From an uncultured archaeon (lineage in GTDB: Archaea > Asgardarchaeota > Thorarchaeia > Thorarchaeales > Thorarchaeaceae), in NCBI GenBank assembly GCA_964458565.1, contig CAYWJO010000001.1:128001-192000 (forward strand): 64,000 nucleotides of DNA. Direction: 5' to 3'. The position numbers and the translations under genes are program-made. Below the pieces are notes generated by a model. The model was not told the origin of the DNA and made no database searches. It saw nothing but the letters and a program-made list of their open reading frames with translations. Within the stretch, counting starts at the first letter, position 1. Each line of letters begins with the position of its first letter. Below are positions 51,159-60,440 of the stretch, piece by piece.

Positions 51159-51806
51159 ATGTACGAAGTTGAAAGACAGAAATTGCTTGAGATAACATTA
51201 CAGATGCTGAAACATGATTTAGTCATTGGTTCATCAGGTAATGCTAGTCTGCGAGTAGGGGATCATGTGCTAATCACTCCGAGTTCAGTTCGATATGACA
51301 CAATGGTTGTGGATGATATTGTGGTGCTTGATTTGGAGGAAAAAATCATCGAGGGTCATAGAACGCCTAGTATAGAGAGCCCAACCCATTTAGCAATTTA
51401 CAAACAGAGAACTGATGCGAAAGCTATTGTTCACTCACATAGTGTATATGCAACGGCTTTTGCATTGCTTGATAGAGCATTACCTCCAATCATTGATGAG
51501 GTAGTACCCAAACTTGGAGGTGATGTAAGATTAGCAAGATATGGCATGCCTGGAACAGACGAATTAGCTGAGAATGTAGTCGAGGCTCTTGAAGAGCGTA
51601 GTGGAGTCTTCATGAAGAATCATGGTGCCCTATGCATAGGAATGGATCTTGATGATGCGATTCACCTTACCATTCTTCTTGAACGAACATGCAAAACATA
51701 CCTTTTAGCTCTGCAAGCAGGAAAACCAACTGTTCTACCGGATGATGCGGTTGATGTTGGAAGGAGTCTTTGGGAATTTAAGAGAATGTCACGTCTGAAT
51801 CAATAA
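51159..51806 (+). CDS. Class II aldolase (paralog of 48236-48871; likely start 51159)
   Basis: GSSGNAS, PSIESPTH, HSHS, KNHG. Confidence 0.88.
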   Translation: MYEVERQKLLEITLQMLKHDLVIGSSGNASLRVGDHVLITPSSVRYDTMVVDDIVVLDLEEKIIEGHRTPSIESPTHLAIYKQRTDAKAIVHSHSVYATAFALLDRALPPIIDEVVPKLGGDVRLARYGMPGTDELAENVVEALEERSGVFMKNHGALCIGMDLDDAIHLTILLERTCKTYLLALQAGKPTVLPDDAVDVGRSLWEFKRMSRLNQ

Positions 51807-51894
51807 TAGACTACTTCAGTGACACTTTGGAATCTTGCCTTGATATAGAATATTAAAGCAGACTGTGGATATGCAATTAAAAGGCGGCTGTGCG

Positions 51895-53883
51895 ATGAAG
51901 ACAAAATCGATTTCAATTTTATTCTCGCTCATATTATTGACTATACCAATCATATCTTTTCACGCAATGAGAAGCTATCAGGAAATTGAAAAGTCATCGG
52001 AATCAGAATATCAGAAAGCAGTGGAAATCAATGAAGATTATTCAAACATCACACTATCAATCACGCTTGATGATGCAGCCTCGACGGTAGGGGGGAATCT
52101 AACAATCGACTACTATAACGCCGATGCTCTTACGATCACTCAAATTCCATTCCATATTTATCCATCAGGAATGCATTATCACCTCAGGCATGGGAATCTA
52201 GAAGTATTCAATGTGACCACAGATGCAGAGCCCAAGATTATACTAGAATACAATGTAATTTCGTCAGCCCAACTTATGTGGGTCACCTTGGATGCCCCCC
52301 TACCTCCGGGGGAGAGAACTCAATTCACCATCGAATTTTTGACAACACTTCCAGATGGAGGATTGGATCGAGCTAACTCAAATGGTACAGACGGAGAACT
52401 CAATAGAATCTATACATTTGCAAGCGCTTATCCGATTCCTTGTGTCTATGATGTAATGGATGGATGGAATGTGGACCCGTATATACAGATAGGGGACCCA
52501 TTCTACTTGGACATGGCATATTACGATGTCTATTTGGAAGTTGATGATGAATTCCGAGTTGCGGCTACAGGCGAACTAACGGATTCGATAATAATTGGTG
52601 ACAATGTCATACACCATTACAGGGCAAGTTTTCCTGTCAGAGAGTTTACTTTTGCTGCATCAAAATACTTCATCATCGAATCACAGGAAGCCAATGGAGT
52701 TGCCGTGTCGACTTATTATCTACCAAGTGCAGAACAATACTGGAACGAAACTGCTCTTCTCCACGGTCTTCACGCCCTTGAGCTGTTCAATGAATCGTTT
52801 GGGAATTATCCGTATTCTACTCTCAATGTTGTTGAGAGTCACGGTAATTTTGGAGGGATGGAATATCCATGTCAAGTCTATATCGCTCATTCTATCATAG
52901 GATGGATTGATACAGGTCAAACCACAGAATACTATCTGGAGCTTGTCATCGCCCACGAGATAGGCCATCAATGGTGGTATCAACTTGTAGGAGTTGACGA
53001 AGTAGACCAAGGCTTTATGGATGAAGGTTTGACTTGTTGGTCGCATCACTACTATGCAGAAGTATATCATGGAAGTTGGGATTTCTTTCAGTATACAAAA
53101 TTGTGGGATTACATTAGAACGTACTATAGTGATACAGGGTTAGAGAATAAGATAGACCAATCGCTCCTTGAATTTGATGATCAAAGTGTCTATTATTATA
53201 CAGCGTACAACAAAGCTCCCCTCATTTTTCAGAAACTCAGAGTCTTTCTTGGGAATGAGGTTTTCTTTGATGGATTAAAGTTATTCTTTGAGAGATTCGC
53301 ATTTAAGAATGCATTTCTTGCGGACTTGGTTGGAGCTATGGAAGACGCATCTGATTTAGAACTTGACTGGTTCTTTGATCCATGGTTTGAGAACTCACTT
53401 TTACCATACTATGAATTCGACTCAGTAGTATATTTTCAGAATTCAAACATTGTCAACATAACTATCAGTGATTTAAATGAGGATACAAATGAATTTCCAT
53501 ATTCTCAGCGTGTGCCCCTTGAAATCTATGCGGGACTGGATACAATATACCAAGATGATGTTTGGATAAATGGAACTACATCGATTCTGATACAGTTAGA
53601 CGATGAGCCATCAGCTGTAAGCATCATGATAACCAACTATGTGTTAGTTCAACTCGATGATGTTATGACTAGTTCAATTAGTACAGATGAGATTACATTT
53701 ACAAACTCTACTTCATTGACAGTTACATCAGAACCAGTTCCCACGATTACAACTCCATCTACAAATTCATCTTCATCCACAACCGAATCGTTACCACCCA
53801 ATGATGTGTTGATACCAATCATTGTGATGGGAATTGGCCTAGTCATTTTGGGAATTGCAGTCTTAATGATTCGACGTAGATAG
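51895..53883 (+). CDS. Secreted M1-family metallo-aminopeptidase with C-terminal TM anchor
   Basis: GGMEYP, HEIGH-x18-E, YNKA; Ser/Thr linker and TM. Confidence 0.88.
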   Translation: MKTKSISILFSLILLTIPIISFHAMRSYQEIEKSSESEYQKAVEINEDYSNITLSITLDDAASTVGGNLTIDYYNADALTITQIPFHIYPSGMHYHLRHGNLEVFNVTTDAEPKIILEYNVISSAQLMWVTLDAPLPPGERTQFTIEFLTTLPDGGLDRANSNGTDGELNRIYTFASAYPIPCVYDVMDGWNVDPYIQIGDPFYLDMAYYDVYLEVDDEFRVAATGELTDSIIIGDNVIHHYRASFPVREFTFAASKYFIIESQEANGVAVSTYYLPSAEQYWNETALLHGLHALELFNESFGNYPYSTLNVVESHGNFGGMEYPCQVYIAHSIIGWIDTGQTTEYYLELVIAHEIGHQWWYQLVGVDEVDQGFMDEGLTCWSHHYYAEVYHGSWDFFQYTKLWDYIRTYYSDTGLENKIDQSLLEFDDQSVYYYTAYNKAPLIFQKLRVFLGNEVFFDGLKLFFERFAFKNAFLADLVGAMEDASDLELDWFFDPWFENSLLPYYEFDSVVYFQNSNIVNITISDLNEDTNEFPYSQRVPLEIYAGLDTIYQDDVWINGTTSILIQLDDEPSAVSIMITNYVLVQLDDVMTSSISTDEITFTNSTSLTVTSEPVPTITTPSTNSSSSTTESLPPNDVLIPIIVMGIGLVILGIAVLMIRRR

Positions 53884-53889
53884 AAGAGA

Positions 53890-54412
53890 CTATCCTTTAC
53901 TCATCTCTTCCTTATGCTTTCGACCAAGCTCTACATATAGCTCAGCACCAGTACTGAAAGCTACGAGTAGTTCATCTGATACTTCCTTTACCACTTTGCC
54001 AGGAATCCCTAGAACTAGACTTCTATCAGGTATCACTGAACCTTGCGTGACAACTGTCCCAGCTCCTATTACACATTCATTTCCAACTTTAGCTCCATCT
54101 AGAACAATTGCACCCATCCCCACAACGGTTCTATCACCTATCTCACAAGCATGAATCAGACTATTGTGTCCAGCCGTGACATAGTCACCAATAACTGATG
54201 GGTTTACAAATGTCGTATGTACAGTAGCATTATCTTGAATCGATGTGCCCTTTCCAATCCTAATGTAGTTCATATCTGCACGGAGTACTGCAAACTCCCA
54301 AATACTGGAATCTGCACCTATTTCCACATCACCAATCACGGAAGCTCTCGGAGAAATATACGCATCTGGATGTATCTTTGGTAGCTTACCATCAAACTTG
54401 TGGAGTCCCATA
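53890..54412 (-). CDS. Gamma-carbonic-anhydrase family hexapeptide-repeat protein
   Basis: IGDVEIG, LRADMN, IQDNATVH, GHNSLIH. Confidence 0.9.
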
Positions 54413-54495
54413 TTCTTCAACCAAAGCATCGGTACAATCATCAGACTATAAGATTATTGAATAGGCAGAGATGCAATAGGATTTTTGTGAGTATA

Positions 54496-55098
54496 ATGCC
54501 GTTCACACCACTGCACATTCCTTTCGCATGGATAATCTCAAGATTAGACAAACGATTGCCTTTGCCGGCATTGATTGTGGGGTCAGTCATTCCAGATATA
54601 GAATGCCCCTTTTTGATCCTGTTCTTTTCTGGGGTTCTACCTGACCACTATATCCTTCATAGTTTGATAGGTGCGTTGTCAATCGGATTAATCTTAGCTG
54701 TGATTTTAACGGCATATGTTTACGCTGATGTTGCATCCTTTTTGTTTGGTATTGAGAAAAAAGAGTTGAAAGAGAGGTGTAAGGTGACTAGATTCACAGT
54801 ACTAGCGGCGGCAATTGGGGTTCTTAGTCACCTCTTAATTGATTATCCAATGCACCCTTACAATCAGATATTGTGGCCATTTGTGGATGCCAATAAACTT
54901 GTGGGGCCATTAGTTTCATTTTTTGCAATGGGTGGCAATATCACTATGGGATATTTGATAGCAAACATACTAACCAGCATGGTTTCAATCATGCTCTGGA
55001 TAGCTATAGTCTATCACATCAGGGATGAATTATGGAAAAGAATGTGGATGGGAGATACTACTGAGGAAACTCATGATGCTGTAGGTGCTTCCCATTGA
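54496..55098 (+). CDS. DUF4184-like membrane-bound metal-dependent hydrolase
   Basis: MPFTPLH, GSVIPD, HS, SHLLID. Confidence 0.75.
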   Translation: MPFTPLHIPFAWIISRLDKRLPLPALIVGSVIPDIECPFLILFFSGVLPDHYILHSLIGALSIGLILAVILTAYVYADVASFLFGIEKKELKERCKVTRFTVLAAAIGVLSHLLIDYPMHPYNQILWPFVDANKLVGPLVSFFAMGGNITMGYLIANILTSMVSIMLWIAIVYHIRDELWKRMWMGDTTEETHDAVGASH

Positions 55099-55559
55099 AT
55101 CTTGAAAAACATGTCAATGATTACTTGGGGCCAGCTTCCTACAGATCGTAACAGAAGATTTGCGGTGGGAACGGTGAATCCATCAATCTTGAATTCCTTC
55201 AACTCAGGACAGTGAAAGAGGGGAGATATATCAAGAGATTCTATTTGATTTCCCTGGAGTGTGACTTCTGTGAGCTTCGGACAATCGCACAATGGGTTCA
55301 AATCTATTTCCTGCAATTTATTATTGGATAATCTGATCCCTTCCAATTTCTTGCAATTACTTAGCGGTGTGAGATCAATTCTAGTCAATTGATTACTTCT
55401 GATGCTAAAATAATGCAAATCACGACAAAAAACTAGAGGGAGTAAATCAACAGCCACTATATCACGAAGGTCCATGTTGATTTCAGTTTCATTCACATCA
55501 AAGGACATGCGCCTTTCATCACCTGACACTGTCCAATACCAAATGTGAACCTCATCCAC
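55071..55559 (-). CDS. Leucine-rich-repeat protein
   Basis: Repeats of LxxNxLxxIDLxPLxxCxxL. Confidence 0.88.
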   Translation of the reverse strand: MDEVHIWYWTVSGDERRMSFDVNETEINMDLRDIVAVDLLPLVFCRDLHYFSIRSNQLTRIDLTPLSNCKKLEGIRLSNNKLQEIDLNPLCDCPKLTEVTLQGNQIESLDISPLFHCPELKEFKIDGFTVPTANLLLRSVGSWPQVIIDMFFKIQWEAPTAS

Positions 55560-55773
55560 GCTATATCACCAACTAGTTTTGGGTATTCGCTTATTTTCTT
55601 AGATTCTGTCTTTGGCTATAGAGTTTGTCCTCACAGATATCGTGATGATGATTCTCTGATTGATAGTTAAAATAAAATAACATAGATGTGTCATTCATAT
55701 TGCTTAGAATAGTTGTGAATTCCAATCACAATGAATTCTGTTCTAATACATATGATCCAAGGAGATTGTATTA

Positions 55774-56676
55774 ATGAGGAAGTTCAATCATGAGCCATCA
55801 ATTGCGATTCCATCAACGTACTCAATCGTCGCACGTGATTCTGAAAATGGCGACCTCGGAATAATCGTACAGTCCAAGTTCCCTGCTGTTGGATCTCTGG
55901 TACCATGGGCAAGAGCTGGTGTGGGAGCTGTTGCAACTCAAGCCTGGGTTGAACCAGCTTTTGGTCCTTGGGGTCTTGAGTATATGTCAAGAGGAAAATC
56001 AGCAAAAGAAACATTGAAGGAACTTCTACGAAAAGATGATGAATCAATGCGAGAACATCGACAGTTTGGTCTTGTCGATTCTAAGGGCAGAGCTACTGCA
56101 TTCACTGGAAAAGATTGCATGGACTGGGCTGGTCATATTGTTGGTGATGGATATGCATGTCAGGGGAACATATTGACTGGAGAACAAGTTGTTGAAAACA
56201 TGGCAGAGTCATATGAAAAAACAGAGGGGGATATTGTCGATAGACTCTTTGCGGCCCTGAACGCAGGTCAAGCGGCTGGTGGCGACAAGAGGGGTATGCA
56301 GTCTGCCGCAATCTATGTTGCAAGAGATGGTGGATGCTATGGCGGAAACCTAGATCGATGGATCGATGTTAGGGTGGATGAACATTCTAGTCCCATTAAA
56401 GAACTTGAGCGTATCTTTCGGATTTACGATATGACTTTATTAAATCGTGAGGACCCAAGTAGGTTGCATAAACTTGAGGGGGATTTAGCATTAAAAGTAC
56501 AGAGAGCATTAGCTAAACTTGGTTTTATTGAAGATGTGAATGCAGAAATATTTCCTAATGATGCATTAGAAAAGTGGATGGGAGTCTATAACTTTGAGAA
56601 CAAGATGCGTGATGATGGAACAATTTGGCAGAGCGTTTTAGAATATATGTTTAAAGAAGCAAATCTAGATTCATAG
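55774..56676 (+). CDS. DUF1028 (Ntn-hydrolase-like) protein
   Basis: TYSIVARD, GAVATQA, QGNIL, GGDKRG.QSAA, DVRVDEH. Confidence 0.9.
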   Translation: MRKFNHEPSIAIPSTYSIVARDSENGDLGIIVQSKFPAVGSLVPWARAGVGAVATQAWVEPAFGPWGLEYMSRGKSAKETLKELLRKDDESMREHRQFGLVDSKGRATAFTGKDCMDWAGHIVGDGYACQGNILTGEQVVENMAESYEKTEGDIVDRLFAALNAGQAAGGDKRGMQSAAIYVARDGGCYGGNLDRWIDVRVDEHSSPIKELERIFRIYDMTLLNREDPSRLHKLEGDLALKVQRALAKLGFIEDVNAEIFPNDALEKWMGVYNFENKMRDDGTIWQSVLEYMFKEANLDS

Positions 56677-56755
56677 ACTTGGATACTACCTTATTAGGAA
56701 GACTACCTCTTGTATAGAAATAGCAATTTAATCTATTATGTATCAGGTGATTAAT

Positions 56756-57379
56756 ATGATAAAGAATTGGTAGAGACTTGGTGCCTGGTGTGGTATTGTG
56801 GCAGGAATCCAGTTTGTAATAATTACATTCACTATAATGATTCCATACCCTGAGGGATACTCTTTCCTTGAGAACAGCTTTAGTTCGTTAGGATTATCGG
56901 TGACTCGAGGCTATCCAACACCTTGGAATTGGTTTCTTTTTGCAACAGCCACAACACTAGCTGGAGTCCTATCAATACCATTCTGGCTTTCGATACGTAC
57001 TCTATTCACAGAAACATCAGTGGAAAAGATACTAAGTGGATTAGGTACTGTGTTGGGGATTATTGCAGGGCCTTGCCTTGCAGGAGTAGGTATTTTTGCA
57101 GGAGATCTATACGGAACAGAACATGGTTGGTCAACAATCTTGTTTTTCTTGTTATTTTCTTCAGCTATTATCATATACTCTATTGCGATTCTTATTAACA
57201 AAGACTACGAATGGGTCTATGCTCTCATTGGCATAATTGTTGCAATCATTTGTTATACCTATATCTTAGCCCCGGGTTTTGGAAATGCAGCAATGCAGAA
57301 GCTGGCGGTTTACTCATTGATACTGTACTCAGTATTCCAAGGGTATAAGCTACTGAAGGTTTTCAATGGAAATGTGTAA
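56756..57379 (+). CDS. DUF998-like membrane protein; in-frame TAG at codon 6 (possible pseudogene or readthrough)
   Basis: AGGTGA RBS, ATG 56756, MIKNW*RLGAWCGIV continuing in frame into the 56798 ORF; YPEGYSFLENSFSSLG motif. Confidence 0.6.
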
Positions 57380-57429
57380 ATGATTTCAAATTGAATACAA
57401 TCATGTAATACTCTTGATGAATGAAATGC

Positions 57430-58371
57430 TTACATGATTTGATCTATGAACCACTCCTCCATTGAAAGGTGCGTCTGAGTATCTAGAATATTCTCATCCT
57501 CGTAGAGTGATCGAACAAAATGGTTGTATGAATCTACATTCGGTGCCCGAACTGTGGTAAATAGACTGAAATCTTCACTTGTTCTGCTTAGATCCCATAC
57601 CTCATTCATTTCAGCAATTCTGTGAGCTGTTTCAGCAACTGTTCCAGGTTTTACTCTAATCTGTAGAAAGAATTTGAGCGGCAGCCCGATAAGTGTATAA
57701 TCAATAGCTGCAGAATACCCAGCAATAACACCACGAATCTCTAATCGCTGCATAGCCTTCGAAACAGCCGATTGGGATACACGCGATTTCATTTCATTCC
57801 CGATTTCCTCTTGTGATAGCGGAAGAGGATGGTCAACGCTTGGATGTTGCTTTGAGATAACAGATAGTAGCTCTAAATCTCTTTTTGATAGAGGTTTATC
57901 GTCGGTTTCAGTCTTCTTCATTTTGATACTGTGCGATTTGTAGGTTGTAAGAACTTGAGCCATCTTGTACTTACCTTCACTTGTTTTTGCAATCACATTA
58001 TCTATCGTATCAAGAAAATCTTCAAATCCGACTGAAGGTAGGTTTCTGAAATGAGCCAACAGTGAATAATCACCTGTAATACCATCAAGAGATTCTAATC
58101 CAGGCATCTGAAGAAGATCCAGACTTACTTCATGCTCTCTCGGATTCGACTTGATAAAAAGGAGCGTGCTGCGTTCAGAAGAGACCTTTGCAGGATCGAC
58201 TACAGTAATGTAAGATCGAATGACTCCATACTTTGCAAATCCACGAATAGTTTTTGATACCCAGTTTCGGCTTTTACCGACTAATGAACTGTAGACTGAA
58301 ACGGGTTGTCGAGAGTTTCTTATGATTGATTTGAGTAAGGACTGTTCAGGCTCTGTAATAGATTGCATCAT
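57430..58371 (-). CDS. Tandem (double HTH-RAM) Lrp/AsnC-family regulator
   Basis: Two modules, each HTH..GVIxxY..D followed by a RAM domain (ITGDYSL; TSEDFSL). Confidence 0.8.
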   Translation of the reverse strand: MMQSITEPEQSLLKSIIRNSRQPVSVYSSLVGKSRNWVSKTIRGFAKYGVIRSYITVVDPAKVSSERSTLLFIKSNPREHEVSLDLLQMPGLESLDGITGDYSLLAHFRNLPSVGFEDFLDTIDNVIAKTSEGKYKMAQVLTTYKSHSIKMKKTETDDKPLSKRDLELLSVISKQHPSVDHPLPLSQEEIGNEMKSRVSQSAVSKAMQRLEIRGVIAGYSAAIDYTLIGLPLKFFLQIRVKPGTVAETAHRIAEMNEVWDLSRTSEDFSLFTTVRAPNVDSYNHFVRSLYEDENILDTQTHLSMEEWFIDQIM

Positions 58372-58457
58372 TTTTTGTTACATCTTATGCATTTTATGAA
58401 TTATGAGAATGAAGGATTCATATACTTATGCATCGGACCTCAGAGCGGGAAAAAATA

Positions 58458-59748
58458 ATGGCAGACTACAAGGTGAAAGATATTGGTCTTGCTGCAGAAG
58501 GCAGGATGTTGATTGAGTATGCGGAGAAGCACATGCCTGTGCTTATGCATCTTCGAAAGAAGTATGCTGAAACAAAGCCACTCAAAGGAATGAAGATTGC
58601 AGGTTGTCTACACGTCACCAAAGAGACCGCAGTTCTGATAGAAACACTTCGTGCGGTTGGTGCGGAGGTAGCATGGTCAGGATGTAATCCATTATCAACA
58701 AATGATAAAGTGGCGGCAGGTCTCGCAGCTAATGATGTTCCAGTATATGCATGGCATAACCTAAGCACCGAGGAATACTATTGGTGTATTGAACAGACTC
58801 TCAAGACTGAACCGACACTCACACTTGATGACGGTGCAGATCTCATTTTCACACTTCATAACAAGCATCAGGAATTGATACCGAATCTCTATGGGGGTTC
58901 TGAGGAAACAACAACTGGAGTCATTCGAGTTCGTGCAATGGCTGAAGATGGTGCTCTCAAGTACCCAATCATGGCTGTTAATGATGCTGATACTAAGCAT
59001 ATGTTCGATAATGTATATGGTACAGGTCAGAGCGTATTTGATGGTGTCATGCGAGCCTCTGCGATTCTCATTGCTGGGAAGACGGTGGTAATTGGTGGAT
59101 ACGGCTACTGCGGTAGGGGTATGGCTGAACGAGCACGAGGTCTTGGGGCTAATGTTATTGTCACAGAAGTGAACCCAATTCGCGGACTTCAGGCCAGAAT
59201 GGACGGTTTTCGAGTAATGCCGATGGGCGAAGCAGCTCCTGAAGGGGATTTGTTCCTTACAGCTACAGGGATGAAAGATGTAATCACCGCTGAGCATTTC
59301 AAGGTCATGAAGGATGGTGCGATGTTTGGTAATGCAGGTCACTATAACGTTGAAATCAACGAACCGGATCTCATCTCTCTCAGCAAGGGACCAAAGAGAA
59401 GGGTTCGACATGCACTTGATGAATACGAGATGATGGATGGGCGAATACTCTATCTACTAGGTGAGGGAAGACTTGTGAATCTCACAGCTGCGGAAGGTCA
59501 CCCGAGTGAGAAGTTAGCATTCGTTGCTGCTTCCTAGAAAGGTGATGGACCTCAGCTTCACAGGCCAGCTCAACGCAATGCTCTGGATGACTAAGAATGG
59601 AAAGGACTTGAAACCAGCTGTCTATGAATTCCCCAAAGAACTCGATCAACAAACTGCTTTAGCAAAATTGGAAACTATGGGCTTAAAGATAGACAAGTGG
59701 ACACCCGAGCAGGAAGCATATGCAAGAGCTTATGCTGAAGGCACATAG
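58458..59748 (+). CDS. ahcY: S-adenosyl-L-homocysteine hydrolase, join(58458..59508,59540..59748), 419 aa after removal of a 31-nt putative BHB intron
   Basis: GCLHVT, SGCNPLST, DDGADL, EETTTG, KHMFDNVYGTGQS, GYGYCGRG, GRLVNL..AEGHPSE | VMDLSF; the two ORF halves join in frame after a 31-nt deletion. Confidence 0.93.
59509..59539 (+). other. Putative 31-nt bulge-helix-bulge mRNA intron in ahcY
   Basis: Exon helix UCACC/GGUGA, central helix CGAG/CUAG (one G-A), 3-nt bulges UGA and AAA, intron hairpin; canonical cuts restore the reading frame. Confidence 0.8.
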
Positions 59749-59759
59749 CTGTTTGTCTA

Positions 59760-59790
59760 AAGGGGCTACAAACCCCTTCCCTCTTTTTTT
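59760..59790 (+). terminator. ahcY terminator
   Basis: AAGGGG-CTACAAA-CCCCTT hairpin followed by T7. Confidence 0.7.
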
Positions 59791-59831
59791 GGCTTAATTC
59801 ATTCATTCCAATGCGTTTACGTACTAGTTTA

Positions 59832-60083
59832 ACCAAATATGGTGCACCGGACAACTCAGTTACAATCAAGGTGAATTATCAACAGTGGGACCAGATATGA
59901 TGATTCCTTACTAGGGGATGACTGTGTCCTAGCGATTTTCCTTTTCTGTGGTACCTATTCCCTACCAAGACAGAGGACTGGAGTTTCAGTTCCTCTATTG
60001 TTACTCCGTGAGAAGGTTCCCCGACTTTCTCGTTACCTACCTCAAGGAAGGATGGTCATGACCTTGAACCAGCCTCTCGCCAT
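59832..60083. other. Structured non-coding element (ncRNA or non-autonomous mobile element), flanked by CTAGTTTA direct repeats
   Basis: Several consecutive hairpins; no credible ORF; direct repeat at 59824-59831 and 60084-60091. Confidence 0.4.
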
Positions 60084-60088
60084 CTAGT

Positions 60089-60322
60089 TTAGATGGCAGC
60101 CTGACAATTCTGACACTTTGTGATTCCCTGCTCGTTTTTTGAGCCGCAATAGGGGCAGATTACAAGCACAACCTTTTCGACTGTACGCTGTTCTGTCACA
60201 ATCTTTGGCTTTATCACAGAGTCTTGACTCCGTCTACGGCGGAGATAGAGCATTACAATGATTACTAAAACCAACCCAAAAATGAGTGGCAACATCCAAT
60301 TCGGTATCGCAGCTGTTTGCAT
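60089..60322 (-). CDS. Small membrane-anchored zinc-ribbon protein
   Basis: N-terminal TM followed by RRRR; CPYCG...CQNCQ. Confidence 0.8.
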   Translation of the reverse strand: MQTAAIPNWMLPLIFGLVLVIIVMLYLRRRRSQDSVIKPKIVTEQRTVEKVVLVICPYCGSKNEQGITKCQNCQAAI

Positions 60323-60440
60323 CGTTTGTCGTCCTCTATTTGTGTAGTAGTATCAGTACATGTTGATTTGGAATTCACCAATCAAGAGTAAATGATTCAC
60401 TTCATTATGAAACCAGTAGATAGCCAATAATCAATCTATT

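Noticed and set aside
59499-59550. ahcY break explained as a simple frameshift pseudogene, programmed ribosomal frameshift, or two-gene split
   Set aside because: Homology requires removal of exactly 31 nt, not 1-2. Frameshifting would leave about 10 extra residues in a conserved motif. Both halves are otherwise intact and the insert forms a BHB with matching cut sites. An assembly artefact cannot be fully excluded without reads.
59880-60088. RNase P RNA, SRP RNA, group II intron or C/D sRNA
   Set aside because: Only isolated look-alike words (CCACAGAAAA on the minus strand, ATGATGA). No P4 pairing, SRP helix 8, domain V or properly placed D box.
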